A stretch of 64,000 nt of DNA from Nitrospinales bacterium (GCA_965223795.1 CBDCXL010000001.1:288001-352000); one strand, 5' to 3'; positions 10,134-20,081 are shown, numbered from the stretch's first letter. The notes: generated by a model from the sequence alone, not told the origin. Numbers and translations are program-made.

Positions 10134-11084
10134 TTGAACAAACAGACTCAGGAAAAATCCGTCGTCACCGTCGGCGGGGTGCAGCTGCACCTCAGCCGCC
10201 CCGACGGCACCGAGCCGGAGTGGATCGGCCAGGACGAAGTGCTCAAGCAGATTCTGGCCTGCTGGATGGTGGTGGGCGAAAAGGACCTGCCGCTCTCACC
10301 GCGCATCGTGGGGATGCCGGGGATCGGCAAGACCACGCTGGCGATGGTGGCGGCGCTCAAGCGCGGCCAGCCGCTGTACATCTTTCAGTGCACCAGCGAC
10401 ACGCGGCCGGAGGACCTGCTGGTGACGCCGGTGCTGGCCGAATCGGGCAAAATCTCCTACCACGCCTCGCCGCTGGTGAGCGCCATGCTGACGGGCGGCA
10501 TCTGCATCCTCGATGAAGGCAACCGCATGAACGAGAAGAGCTGGGCCTCGCTGGCGCCGCTGCTCGACCACCGCCGCTACGTGGAGTCGATCATCGCCGG
10601 GATCCAGATCCACGCGCACGAGGAGTTCCGCGCCTGCGTGACGATGAACCGGGACGAATCGACGTTCGAGATTCCGGATTACATCCTTTCCCGCCTGCAG
10701 CCGACGCTGGCGCTGTCGATGCCGGACCACCGCGACGAGATGGCGATTTTACAATACCACCTGCCGTTCGCCCCGCAGGACCTGCTGCAAATGACGGTGG
10801 ACTTTTTGCAGAAGTCGCATCAGCTCGATCTGGATTTTTCTCCGCGCGACGGCATCCACATTCTGCAGTACGCGCTCAAGCGCCTGAGCCAGGACAAGGA
10901 CCACCCGCTGGGCAAGGACGAAGCCTGGCGCGAGGCGGTGACCAAGGTTCTCGGCGAGGAGGCGATGGACCTCGACGGCATGGCCTCGAAGAAGCGCCGG
11001 GCCCTGGGGAACGAGCGCATGCCGATGGGGCTGGGCGATTTCTTCTTCAATGAGGACAGCCCGCTGCACCCGGACGGCGATTGA
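10134..11084 (+). CDS. MoxR-type AAA+ ATPase
   Basis: Walker A GMPGIGKT, Walker B ILDEGNR, SRLQP; AAGGAG RBS before TTG 10134. Confidence 0.88.
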   Translation: MNKQTQEKSVVTVGGVQLHLSRPDGTEPEWIGQDEVLKQILACWMVVGEKDLPLSPRIVGMPGIGKTTLAMVAALKRGQPLYIFQCTSDTRPEDLLVTPVLAESGKISYHASPLVSAMLTGGICILDEGNRMNEKSWASLAPLLDHRRYVESIIAGIQIHAHEEFRACVTMNRDESTFEIPDYILSRLQPTLALSMPDHRDEMAILQYHLPFAPQDLLQMTVDFLQKSHQLDLDFSPRDGIHILQYALKRLSQDKDHPLGKDEAWREAVTKVLGEEAMDLDGMASKKRRALGNERMPMGLGDFFFNEDSPLHPDGD

Positions 11085-11100
11085 TCCGCCTTTCTGAATC

Positions 11101-12930
11101 ATGAGCGAAATCTTCAAAATCAGCGACAAGGTGCGGGCGCTGCCGGTGGTGCACGGCAGCGGCAGCTACACGCGCGAGGTGCGCCAGCGCATCCTGGCTT
11201 CGGGCTGCGACTGTCTCGCGGTGGCCCTGCCGCCGGAGTTCCAGGCCACGGTCGAGCAGGGCGTGGGGCTTTTGCCGCTGATCTCGCTGAGCTGCATGGA
11301 GGAAGCGGACGGAACGCAGAGCTACGTTCCCGTCGATCCGACCCAGCCGGTCATCATGGGCCTGCGCATCGCTTTGCAGGAAGGCATCGCGCGCGAGTTC
11401 ATCGACCTCAGCGTGAAATCCTTCGAGCCGCGGCGCGTGGATTTTCCCGACACCTTCGCGCTGCGCGGGCTGTCGATGGAGAAGTTCAACGCGGCGCTGC
11501 TGCCTTTCATCGAGCGGCCCAAGCCCGGCGGCCAGCACGACAAGCGCGCGCGCTGGATGGCGTACCAGCTCAACCGGCTGGAGCTGGAATATAAAAGCAT
11601 CGTGCTCATCTGCTCGGTGCTCGACTGGCCGTGGATCCGCGAGGCCTATCGGGAACGCCGTCCGTACGATCCGCCGGAGACTCCCGACGGCCCGCCGCAT
11701 CTTTTCGGCGTGGAGAAAAACACGCTGTTCTTCGCGCTGACGGAATTTCCCTACATCACCTACCTGTATGAACGCAACCGCAGGGAGCTGCGCTCGGACC
11801 GCGACGTGATGCTCGACGGCGTCAAGGAGATCCTGCTTCGGGCGCGCGAGCTGTTCCTCAAGAAACGCAAGGCGCGCTACCACAACCTTTCGACCCAGTC
11901 CTTCCAGATATTCTTGCAGTACGTGCGCAACCTCACGCTCATGGAGCACCGGCTGACGCCCGACCTGTTCACGCTGGTGACGGCGGCCAAGCAGATCGGC
12001 GGCGACCGGTTCGCCATCTCGGTGCTGGAGGCGGCGCGCGACTACCCGTATCAGGACGAGAGCGCACTGGACACGCTGGCGCTGGGCATCGACCAGGCGG
12101 TGTTCGACGCCGAAGACAACAAGCCGGTGCGGATGAAAAACCGTTTGTCGGAAATCCTGCTGGAATGGCGCTCGCTGGATCTCAAGCCGGAGCCGGACAT
12201 CGACAAGCAGAAGGAATGGAAGTACCGCTGGGACCCGTTCGGCCAGTGCTCCTGGCCGCCGGAGGACGAGAAGATCGAAAACCTCAACACGCACGTGCGC
12301 GAGCAGTCGAAGCTCTTGCTCAGCCACGACCTGGCGCGCACGGAGAAGTTCACGTCTTCCGTCAAGGACGGCATCGATATTCGCGACACGCTGCGCAACT
12401 GGCACACCGGCGACATCTACGTGAAGGAGATCCCGCCCTCGCGCGGCCAGGTGGAGATCGTGGTGTTTCTGTTCGACCCGGAGCCGGACCCGGCGGAGTA
12501 CAGCTGGCGGCAGACCTGGTATGCGGAGCACGATGAAGAATCGACGCTGTGCTTTTACGCCACCGAGTACATGAACCGGCTCATCGGTCCGGGCATCGGC
12601 GAGGCCACCTACGGCGGCTGCATGATGCTGTACCCGCCCCGCCCGATCCCCAACGTGTGGGAGGACCCGATGATCCACGTCGCCGACACGCTGGAGGAAA
12701 AACTGCTGGAGGCGGCGTTCTTCCATTCGTGTGAACGCAACGTCACGGTGGTGTCGCCCTGCCCTCCCCGGCCAAGCTGGCGGCGGCTGGCGCGGCTGTA
12801 CGAAAAAACCATGATCCACCTTCCCATGAAACGCTTCTCCAACCAGACGCTCGAGCGGGTGCGCCGGTTCCACGTTCTGAACGGCAAGGAGATCCGCTCG
12901 TTCGCGCAGCGGTTCATTCAGGACATCTGA
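11101..12930 (+). CDS. hypothetical protein, probable MoxR partner
   Basis: 609-aa ORF with host-like codon usage, 16 bp after the ATPase. Confidence 0.8.
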   Translation: MSEIFKISDKVRALPVVHGSGSYTREVRQRILASGCDCLAVALPPEFQATVEQGVGLLPLISLSCMEEADGTQSYVPVDPTQPVIMGLRIALQEGIAREFIDLSVKSFEPRRVDFPDTFALRGLSMEKFNAALLPFIERPKPGGQHDKRARWMAYQLNRLELEYKSIVLICSVLDWPWIREAYRERRPYDPPETPDGPPHLFGVEKNTLFFALTEFPYITYLYERNRRELRSDRDVMLDGVKEILLRARELFLKKRKARYHNLSTQSFQIFLQYVRNLTLMEHRLTPDLFTLVTAAKQIGGDRFAISVLEAARDYPYQDESALDTLALGIDQAVFDAEDNKPVRMKNRLSEILLEWRSLDLKPEPDIDKQKEWKYRWDPFGQCSWPPEDEKIENLNTHVREQSKLLLSHDLARTEKFTSSVKDGIDIRDTLRNWHTGDIYVKEIPPSRGQVEIVVFLFDPEPDPAEYSWRQTWYAEHDEESTLCFYATEYMNRLIGPGIGEATYGGCMMLYPPRPIPNVWEDPMIHVADTLEEKLLEAAFFHSCERNVTVVSPCPPRPSWRRLARLYEKTMIHLPMKRFSNQTLERVRRFHVLNGKEIRSFAQRFIQDI

Positions 12931-12939
12931 CACCCCTCA

Positions 12940-13398
12940 ATGGAAAGCATGACCATCCGTCCCGGACGCGCCAAGGATCTGGACACCATCGTGGAATATA
13001 ATCTCGCGCTGGCGCGGGAGACCGAATCGCTGGCACTCGACAAGGCGATCCTGCGCGCGGGCGTGGCAAAGGCGCTGGAAAACCCGGAAACCAGCCGCTA
13101 CTTCGTGGCCGAATTCGAAAGCCGGGTGATCGGCCAGACGATGGTGACCTTCGAGTGGAGCGACTGGCGCGACGGCTTCATCTGGTGGCTGCAGAGCGTG
13201 TACGTGCACCCGCAGCACCGTTCGCGGGGCGTGTTCCACTCCCTCTACAGTCACATCGAACGCGAGGCCAAAAAAGATGCGGCGGCGCGGGCGATCCGCC
13301 TGTATGTGATGGAAGACAACGCGCGCGGCATGGGCGCCTACAAGAAAGCCGGACTGGCCCCTTCGGGCTATGTGGTCTACGAGCGCGAGCTGGAGTGA
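12940..13398 (+). CDS. GNAT N-acetyltransferase
   Basis: SVYVHPQHRSRGV motif A; RLYVMEDN...YKKAG motif B. Confidence 0.9.
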   Translation: MESMTIRPGRAKDLDTIVEYNLALARETESLALDKAILRAGVAKALENPETSRYFVAEFESRVIGQTMVTFEWSDWRDGFIWWLQSVYVHPQHRSRGVFHSLYSHIEREAKKDAAARAIRLYVMEDNARGMGAYKKAGLAPSGYVVYERELE

Positions 13399-13446
13399 AT
13401 CTCAAGCCTGCTCAACATGCCGAGGCCCCTCTTTCCTTTGTCAGTT

Positions 13447-13926
13447 TCATTTTGCGAATTGCCGGATATAGAGGATCAACTGCCAGATCTGCTTTTCCTT
13501 AAGGTTGTCGTAGGAGGGCATGGAGGTGTGCGGGATTCCGTGGTTGATGGCCCAGAACAGCTGGCCGTCGGGAATCGAACTCATGGTTTCCTTGCAGGTG
13601 AAATTGCGCGGATCGGGAAAGCTCTCAGACGCCATTTCCCCGAGCCCGTCGCCCGCGACGCCGTGACAGTGTTTGCACTGCAGCGTCTTGGCTTTCACCA
13701 TGTAGAGCAGCTTGCCTTTCTTCAGGTTCTTCTCATTTTTTTCCAGAGGATTTGTTTTTTGTAAATACTCCTCAGGCGCTTTTGGGGTGTTCTCCCGCGG
13801 CTGCGGGCATTGGGGTTGCTGCGTGGATTCGGCTGCAGCCACACCTTGCGGCAGGAACGGGATACATAGCTGGATGCCGAAAGCGACCGCAAACGCAAAA
13901 ATGGTTTTTTGAAGTCGCTTCTTCAT
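13447..13926 (-). CDS. periplasmic mono-heme class I cytochrome c
   Basis: signal peptide, CKHCH, distal TSMP. Confidence 0.9.
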   Translation of the reverse strand: MKKRLQKTIFAFAVAFGIQLCIPFLPQGVAAAESTQQPQCPQPRENTPKAPEEYLQKTNPLEKNEKNLKKGKLLYMVKAKTLQCKHCHGVAGDGLGEMASESFPDPRNFTCKETMSSIPDGQLFWAINHGIPHTSMPSYDNLKEKQIWQLILYIRQFAK

Positions 13927-13941
13927 GGCACGGAAATCGAT

Positions 13942-14526
13942 CTAGTTGACGCTGTCCGGTGATCCGAATGAGAACGAATGGTCGCCGCCGTGTCCCTGCA
14001 TGCGGTGCAGGGCCTGCTGGACGCGGTCCGGGAAGGCGCGGTCGCATTCGTTGAGGTAGCGCATCACCGCGATCATCCAGTCGGACTCCTGCGGCGCGCG
14101 GATGAGGGCGATGTTTTCCTTCTCGAATTCCCGGCAGATGCGGTCCTCCGCCTGGGACAGGGGCGGCAGGGTCTCTTTCCTGCGGATGGTGAGCGGGCGG
14201 ATCGGGTCCACCTGGATCACTTCCAGTCCCTGGTATTCCTCGGGTACCTCTTCGGTGACGAATTCCTCGATGGGCACGCCGCTGATGTCCATCCAGCCGG
14301 GGCGGCTGAGCGAAGCGACGTAGAGCGGAGCGCGCTGGATGGCGGCGTGCTCGGCGTGGCCGACGCGCAGGATGGTGGCGCCGGTGCCGGCCGGTCCGAA
14401 CACGGCGAAGTCCCAACGGCCGTAGGTGAGCTGAGTCTGTCTCTGGATGATTTCGGTTTTTTCGAAAGCCTGGGTGATCTTCTCGACGGCTTTTTTGTCT
14501 TTGGCTTTCAGCTTGAACTGCGGCAT
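13942..14526 (-). CDS. hypothetical protein
   Basis: 194-aa ORF with host-like codon usage, 15 bp upstream of the cytochrome c gene. Confidence 0.65.
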   Translation of the reverse strand: MPQFKLKAKDKKAVEKITQAFEKTEIIQRQTQLTYGRWDFAVFGPAGTGATILRVGHAEHAAIQRAPLYVASLSRPGWMDISGVPIEEFVTEEVPEEYQGLEVIQVDPIRPLTIRRKETLPPLSQAEDRICREFEKENIALIRAPQESDWMIAVMRYLNECDRAFPDRVQQALHRMQGHGGDHSFSFGSPDSVN

Positions 14527-14555
14527 GGTTCTATCCGAATGCGTTTCTCCGCACT

Positions 14556-14690
14556 ATGAGATCTTTGCATAAGTGGAACACTCAAGAATAATCGTACTCT
14601 TATTGTCACCCTGAGCTTGTCGAAGGGTGCACTGAATCATGCTTCGACAGGCTCAGCATGACAAACAAAATACTTATGCAAAGATCTCAT
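14556..14690. mobile_element. MITE-like repeat, copy 3 (best preserved, opposite orientation)
   Basis: perfect 19-bp inverted repeat ATGAGATCTTTGCATAAGT (14556-14574 and 14672-14690) around hairpin 14604-14663. Confidence 0.85.
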
Positions 14691-14829
14691 TATAGCATGA
14701 GCGTGGTATCGGCATTTTCATAAATCCGTTTCCGGCCCGGTTCGGTTCTGCTATACTCGAGCCACTGTGTGTCCTCTTCTGGCGCACCGATCGTTTCCAC
14801 TCTTTGTCCCACCTTCGTCTCTCTCCTTC

Positions 14830-16395
14830 ATGGACTCAAACAAGACAGTGAGCCGGGCGGCGGGCGCCGTCGGCGGCATGACGCTGCTTTCGCGGCTGTT
14901 CGGCCTGTTCCGGGATCTGGTCATCGGCATGAAGTTCGGTTCGTCCGCGGCGGCGGACGCGTTCTTCGTGGCGTTTCGCATTCCCAACGTGCAGCGGCGC
15001 ATCCTCGGGGAAGGCGCGGTCAGCGCCGCGTTTATCCCGGTGTTTTCGGACGTGCTCAACACCCGCGGGGAGAAGGCCGCCTGGGAGATGGCGGCGAACC
15101 TGTTCAACATCTTTCTCACCGTCCTTTTTATATTGACGGCGGCGATCGCGTTTTTCAGCCCGGCGGTGATCGCGGTGTTCGCGCCGGGGTTTCTCGACGA
15201 GCCGGACAAATTCGACCTGACCGTGCGCCTCACGCGCTGGATGGCGCCGTACCTGTTTTTCATCGGACTCGCCGCGTTCTGCATGGGCATCCTCAACTCG
15301 TTCCAGAAGTTCGCCCTGCCCGCGGCGGCGCCGGTGCTGCTGAACGTGTGCATGATCCTGGGCGCGCTGGTGGTGTCGCCGATGCTGGAAGAACCGGTGC
15401 TCGGGCTGGTGTTCGGCGTGCTCGCGGGCGGCGTGCTGCAGTTCATGGTGCAGCTGCCGGAGACGCTCAAGCGCGGCTTCCGCTTCACGGCGACGTTCAA
15501 CAGAAAACATCCGGACGTGGTGAGAGTCGGCAAGCTGCTGCTGCCGGTGATGTTCGGACTGGCGGTGTACGAACTGAACATGCTGGTGGACACGCTGTTG
15601 GCGTCGCTGCTGCCGGGCGGCTCGATCTCGTATCTGTACTACGGCAACCGGCTGGTGCAGCTGCCGCTCGGGGTGTTCGGCGTGGCGCTGGGCGTGGCGA
15701 TCCTGCCGACGCTGTCCGCGCAGGCGGCGCGGCGGGAATTCACGCAGCTCATCCAGACGCTGGCGTTCGGCATCCGCTTCATCCTGTTCATCACCGTTCC
15801 GGCGACGGTGGGACTGATCGTGCTGCGCTTTCCGATCGTCAACACGTTGTGGGAGCGCGGCGAGTTTTCCCGCGTCACCACCGAAGGCACGGCGATCGCG
15901 CTGTTGTATTACTCGATCGGGCTGTGCGCGTTCGCGGGCGTCAAGGTGGTGGCGCCGGCGTTCTTCTCGCTGCAGGACACGAAAACGCCGGTGCGCGTCG
16001 GCGTGTGGGCGGCGCTGCTCAACATCGCGCTCAACCTGGCTCTCATGGGGCCGCTGGGTCACGGCGGGCTGGCGCTGGCGACGTCGCTGTCCGCCATCTT
16101 CAACGTGGTGCTGCTGATCCATTTCCTCAGAAAGCGCGTCGGGGTCATGGGCGGGCGGAAGATCCTCGCTTCCACGCTCAAGCTGGCGCTTTCGGCGACG
16201 CTGATGGGCCTTTCGGTACATTTCGCCAGCCTCTGGCTGTTCGACCCGGCCGCCGGGCTGATGCACAAGCTGCTGGTTCTCTTCAGCTGTATCGGGCTGG
16301 GGACGGCGGTGTTCGCATTTTTGTCCTACCTGCTGAAAAACGACGAGCTGTTTTTCCTGATCGATCTTCTCAAAAAACGCCGCGTGGCCGTGTGA
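14830..16395 (+). CDS. murJ: lipid II flippase MurJ (MviN)
   Basis: SRLFGLFRD, ADAFFVAFRIPN, GEGA, RLVQLPLG, many TM helices. Confidence 0.96.
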   Translation: MDSNKTVSRAAGAVGGMTLLSRLFGLFRDLVIGMKFGSSAAADAFFVAFRIPNVQRRILGEGAVSAAFIPVFSDVLNTRGEKAAWEMAANLFNIFLTVLFILTAAIAFFSPAVIAVFAPGFLDEPDKFDLTVRLTRWMAPYLFFIGLAAFCMGILNSFQKFALPAAAPVLLNVCMILGALVVSPMLEEPVLGLVFGVLAGGVLQFMVQLPETLKRGFRFTATFNRKHPDVVRVGKLLLPVMFGLAVYELNMLVDTLLASLLPGGSISYLYYGNRLVQLPLGVFGVALGVAILPTLSAQAARREFTQLIQTLAFGIRFILFITVPATVGLIVLRFPIVNTLWERGEFSRVTTEGTAIALLYYSIGLCAFAGVKVVAPAFFSLQDTKTPVRVGVWAALLNIALNLALMGPLGHGGLALATSLSAIFNVVLLIHFLRKRVGVMGGRKILASTLKLALSATLMGLSVHFASLWLFDPAAGLMHKLLVLFSCIGLGTAVFAFLSYLLKNDELFFLIDLLKKRRVAV

Positions 16396-16404
16396 AGCGC
16401 GGAC

Positions 16405-16432
16405 TTGTCAAAATCCCGCGATCCTCTATAAT
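16405..16432 (+). promoter_or_regulatory. putative sigma70 promoter of thrH
   Basis: TTGTCA-N16-TATAAT. Confidence 0.5.
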
Positions 16433-16501
16433 GGCGCGGGTTTCAACGCCCTGCCCTGCGGCAGCGGTGACCGATCGATTTTGTGTGGAAAGGATGCGTT
16501 C

Positions 16502-17119
16502 ATGATCGCCTGTCTGGATTTGGAAGGAGTCCTGGTGCCGGAAGTGTGGATCGCTTTCGCGGAAAAGACCGGGATCGAAAAGCTGCGCCTGACGACCCGG
16601 GACATTCCCGACTACGACGAGCTGATGCGGGGCCGTCTGAAGATCCTGGCGGAAAACAAGCTGAAGCTGGCCGACATCCAGGAGGTGATCTCCGGGATCG
16701 CGCCGCTGCCGGGCGCGTTCGAGTTTCTCCAATGGCTTGAGTCGGAGTTTCAGGTGATCATCCTTTCGGACACGTTCTACGAATTCGCCGGTCCGCTGAT
16801 GGCGCAGCTCGGTCACCCGACGCTGTTCTGCCACAGTCTGGTGGTGGGTGCGGACGGCGGGATCGCGGATTACAAGCTTAGGATCGACGACGGCAAGACC
16901 CGGGCGGTGGACGCGCTGAAGAAACTTCATTTCCGCGTGATCGCGGCGGGGGATTCCTACAACGACACGGGCATGCTCAAAAAAGCCGATGCGGGGATTC
17001 TGTTCCGGCCGCCGGACAACGTGATCGAGGAGTTTCCGCAGTTTCCGGTGGCGCGGACCTACGAGGAGTTCAAGGAAGCGCTGCTTGCGGCGCGCAAGGC
17101 GATCCCGGCGTTCAGCTGA
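16502..17119 (+). CDS. thrH: phosphoserine phosphatase/homoserine phosphotransferase ThrH
   Basis: CLDLEGVLVPE, TTRDIPDYD, ILSDTFY, AAGDSYNDT. Confidence 0.95.
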   Translation: MIACLDLEGVLVPEVWIAFAEKTGIEKLRLTTRDIPDYDELMRGRLKILAENKLKLADIQEVISGIAPLPGAFEFLQWLESEFQVIILSDTFYEFAGPLMAQLGHPTLFCHSLVVGADGGIADYKLRIDDGKTRAVDALKKLHFRVIAAGDSYNDTGMLKKADAGILFRPPDNVIEEFPQFPVARTYEEFKEALLAARKAIPAFS

Positions 17120-17122
17120 GAC

Positions 17123-17653
17123 TCACTGCACTTCCGAATCGAGCGCCGATTTGGGCACCCAGCCCATCTGCCCGTTGGTGGAGATTTTCCACCATTCGTC
17201 GGTGCCGTCCAGGATGCTCACCTTCGTTCCTTTTTTCAGCGTGGCGACGAGTTTGCCGTTGTCCTCGGGCTTTTCCCGCATCTTGGCTTTCAGCGTCTTG
17301 ATGTTGTGGATGGTCTTGTAGTCCACCGAATGCGGCTTGGCCGTCTCTCCGGGCGGGGTCTCCTTGGTGATGTGCAGCACCTCTTCCTCTTTGCCAAAAC
17401 TGCTGAAATCGAAATCCATCTTGAACAGCGCGATGGCGCCGAACACCAGAACGATGAGCAGGATGCGGAATCCCGCCTGACCGAAGCTCATGCCCTCGTC
17501 CGGTTCTTCTTCGGGCGGGTTGGGCGGGCCGCAGTGCGGGCAGAACGGCGCGCCCGCCGGGATCACACCCCGGCAGTCGGAGCAGTACTCCTGCCCGCCT
17601 CCGCTTCCGAAAGGGTTTCTGCGGTTTGCGTCCTCGGTCCTAAAATCGTTCAT
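17123..17653 (-). CDS. zinc-ribbon + TM + bacterial SH3 domain protein
   Basis: CSDC...CPHCG, hydrophobic helix, WWKI...GWV. Confidence 0.8.
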   Translation of the reverse strand: MNDFRTEDANRRNPFGSGGGQEYCSDCRGVIPAGAPFCPHCGPPNPPEEEPDEGMSFGQAGFRILLIVLVFGAIALFKMDFDFSSFGKEEEVLHITKETPPGETAKPHSVDYKTIHNIKTLKAKMREKPEDNGKLVATLKKGTKVSILDGTDEWWKISTNGQMGWVPKSALDSEVQ

Positions 17654-17657
17654 GGTT

Positions 17658-19166
17658 TCAGTCCAGTTGGTAGAGGGCGGTGTATTTGTTTTCCAGGTAA
17701 TCGATGAAATGCGCGGGGTTGAGCGTCTCCCCGGTGACGCGCTCGGTCAGCTCGCTGGCGCTGTACAGCCTGCCCTGGCTGTGGATGTTCGCGTTCAGCC
17801 AGTCTTTGACGGGAGAGAAGTTCCTGTTTTCGACCTGCGCTTCAGTATCGGGCATTTCTTTTTTCATTGCCAGATAAAATTGACAGGCGTACATCGCCCC
17901 CAGCGTGTACGAAGGAAAATAACCGAACGAGCCGCCGCTCCAGTGCACATCCTGCAAAACGCCCAGCGCGTCGTCGGGCGGGCGGATGCCGAGGTACTGC
18001 TCCATCTTGTCGTTCCAGATTTCCGGCAGCGCGTCCACGTCGACGGCGCCTTCGAACAGGGATTTTTCCAGTTCGTAGCGCAGGATGATGTGCAGCGGAT
18101 AGGTGACCTCGTCCGCCTCGACGCGGATCAGGGAAGGCCGGCAGACGTTCACCGCCTTGTAGAGCGCGTCGACCGAGACGCCCTCGAAGTTTTCCGGAAA
18201 CGCGGCGCGCAGGGCCTCGAGACTGCCCGCGCAGAACGCCCGGCTCTGGGCGATCATGCGTTCCCAGAACAAAGACTGCGATTCGTGGATGCCCATCGTC
18301 AGCGATTCGGAAACGGGGAGGTCGTTGTCCATGCGCCCCTGCTCGTACAGGCCGTGGCCGGTTTCGTGGATCACGGCGTACAGGGATTCGATGAAATTGT
18401 CCGTGCGGTAGCGGGTGGTGATGCGCACGTCGGTCTGGTGGCCGCCGCCGCAGAACGGGTGCACCGAAGAGTCGATGCGGCCGTGGTCGAACGAGAAGCC
18501 GAGCGCGCGGCTCATGGATTTGGCCAGCGCTTCCTGCTTTTCGATGGGGAACTCGCCTTCCAGGAACGTGGTGTCCGGCGGGGGCTTGTCCGCAATTTTC
18601 TGAATCAGCGGAATGAGCCGGGCCTTCACGGCGTCGAAGATGGGCGTGATGTCGGCCTGGGTGGTGCCGCGCTCATAGATATCGATGTTGGCGTCGTAGG
18701 TCGAAAGGTCCGGGTGCGCGTGCTGCGCCCATTCGGTCTTGAGGGCCACGAAGCGCTTGAGCGTCGGGGCGAAGTCGGAAAAGCGGTTGTCCTTGCGCGC
18801 CTGCGCCCAGATGGCATGGCCGCGTGAGCTGAGTTCCGCCAGCTCCTGCACCAGTTTCTTGGGGACGCGGGTTTCCAGGTCGAAATCGCGCTTGGCCTCG
18901 CGGATGTTGCACCACTGGTGCGGGTCGAAACCGTTCGGGCCCTGTGCGTGCAGGGTTTTAAGCCACTCGCCGAGTTTCGGGTCGGTGGTCTTTTCGTGCA
19001 GCACGCCGGCCAGCGCCGCCATCTGCCGGGCGCGCGCTTCGGCGGAACCGGGCGGCATGACGACCTCCTGGTCCCAGTGCAGCGTGCCCATGACGCCGCC
19101 GAGACGGGAAATTTCTTCCAGCCGTTCGGTGAGCTGGGCGTACAGATCCTGTGTCGCTGTGGTCAA
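17658..19166 (-). CDS. carboxypeptidase, M32 (Taq-type)
   Basis: HPF, DVRITT, HETGH, HESQS, IRVEADE, QDVHW, GYFPSYTLG; start uncertain. Confidence 0.95.
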   Translation of the reverse strand: MTTATQDLYAQLTERLEEISRLGGVMGTLHWDQEVVMPPGSAEARARQMAALAGVLHEKTTDPKLGEWLKTLHAQGPNGFDPHQWCNIREAKRDFDLETRVPKKLVQELAELSSRGHAIWAQARKDNRFSDFAPTLKRFVALKTEWAQHAHPDLSTYDANIDIYERGTTQADITPIFDAVKARLIPLIQKIADKPPPDTTFLEGEFPIEKQEALAKSMSRALGFSFDHGRIDSSVHPFCGGGHQTDVRITTRYRTDNFIESLYAVIHETGHGLYEQGRMDNDLPVSESLTMGIHESQSLFWERMIAQSRAFCAGSLEALRAAFPENFEGVSVDALYKAVNVCRPSLIRVEADEVTYPLHIILRYELEKSLFEGAVDVDALPEIWNDKMEQYLGIRPPDDALGVLQDVHWSGGSFGYFPSYTLGAMYACQFYLAMKKEMPDTEAQVENRNFSPVKDWLNANIHSQGRLYSASELTERVTGETLNPAHFIDYLENKYTALYQLD

Positions 19167-19357
19167 TTTCTTCAAGCCGGCTGAAAATTTCGATTTGATG
19201 TGGCTATCCCTCTGAAAATGTACCGTAAACCAGCTGGAGACGCAAAAAAAACCGGGAAACGGGTTCAATACTCAAAAGAATCATGCGCGGCATTCATTTT
19301 TATGGGCCGGATGGTATAATCCGGCTTCCATTTTCAAACCTGTTCAATGCGAATGCC

Positions 19358-19609
19358 ATGAATGCTGAAAACGAAACGGTTCAGTCGATCCGGGGGCGGC
19401 TGGATGTCCTGACCAAAGGGATGGTGAGCGAGGAAAACTCGGTGCAGTATTACGACACGCTGATCGAAAAGACCCTCGACGACAGCGAGGAAAACCGCGG
19501 CAAGCGGCGCATGTACGCGGATCTCAAGCAGGAGGAACTCAAGCATGTGGAGCGCTTTAAAGAGCTGATCGCGCATTGGGAGCGGAAACTCAAGGAGCTT
19601 GAGGGCTGA
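19358..19609 (+). CDS. small half ferritin/rubrerythrin-like protein
   Basis: helix 1 SEENSVQYY, helix 2 QEELKH (E...ExxH pattern). Confidence 0.65.
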   Translation: MNAENETVQSIRGRLDVLTKGMVSEENSVQYYDTLIEKTLDDSEENRGKRRMYADLKQEELKHVERFKELIAHWERKLKELEG

Positions 19610-19664
19610 TGCGGCGTGGATCTTTAATGAGAACGCAGGCTGACACGGGAAAACGGTCCGGGGG

Positions 19665-20081
19665 GTGGGCGTGACTGTGAAACGAACCGGTTCCTGCCTG
19701 TGCGGCGAAGTCCGGTTTGCAGTCGAGGGGGAATTCGACAGCTTCTATCTGTGCCACTGCGACCGCTGCCGCAAGGACACCGGATCGGCGCATGCGGCCA
19801 ATCTGTTTTCCCGTTCGGCCAGGCTCCACTGGATTTCCGGACAGGAAACCGTAAAGACGTATCGCCTCCCCTCCACACGGCACGTCAAAAGCTTTTGCAC
19901 CGTCTGCGGTTCCGCCATGCCCAACATCCAGATGGAAGGAACTCTGCTGATGGTCCCGGCAGGCAGTCTCGATACCGATGTCTCCATGACGCCGACGGCG
20001 CATATTCATGTGGCGGACAAAGCCGGTTGGGATGAAAACCTGGAACGCGTTCCCCGGTTTGCAGAACTGCCGAAATCCTAG
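19665..20081 (+). CDS. GFA family (CENP-V) Zn protein
   Basis: GSCLCG, CHCDRCRK, FCTVCGS. Confidence 0.92.
   Translation: MGVTVKRTGSCLCGEVRFAVEGEFDSFYLCHCDRCRKDTGSAHAANLFSRSARLHWISGQETVKTYRLPSTRHVKSFCTVCGSAMPNIQMEGTLLMVPAGSLDTDVSMTPTAHIHVADKAGWDENLERVPRFAELPKS

Noticed and set aside
6900..14690. repeated palindromes as a CRISPR array
   Set aside because: Copies are kilobases apart, with no repeat-spacer periodicity and no cas genes.
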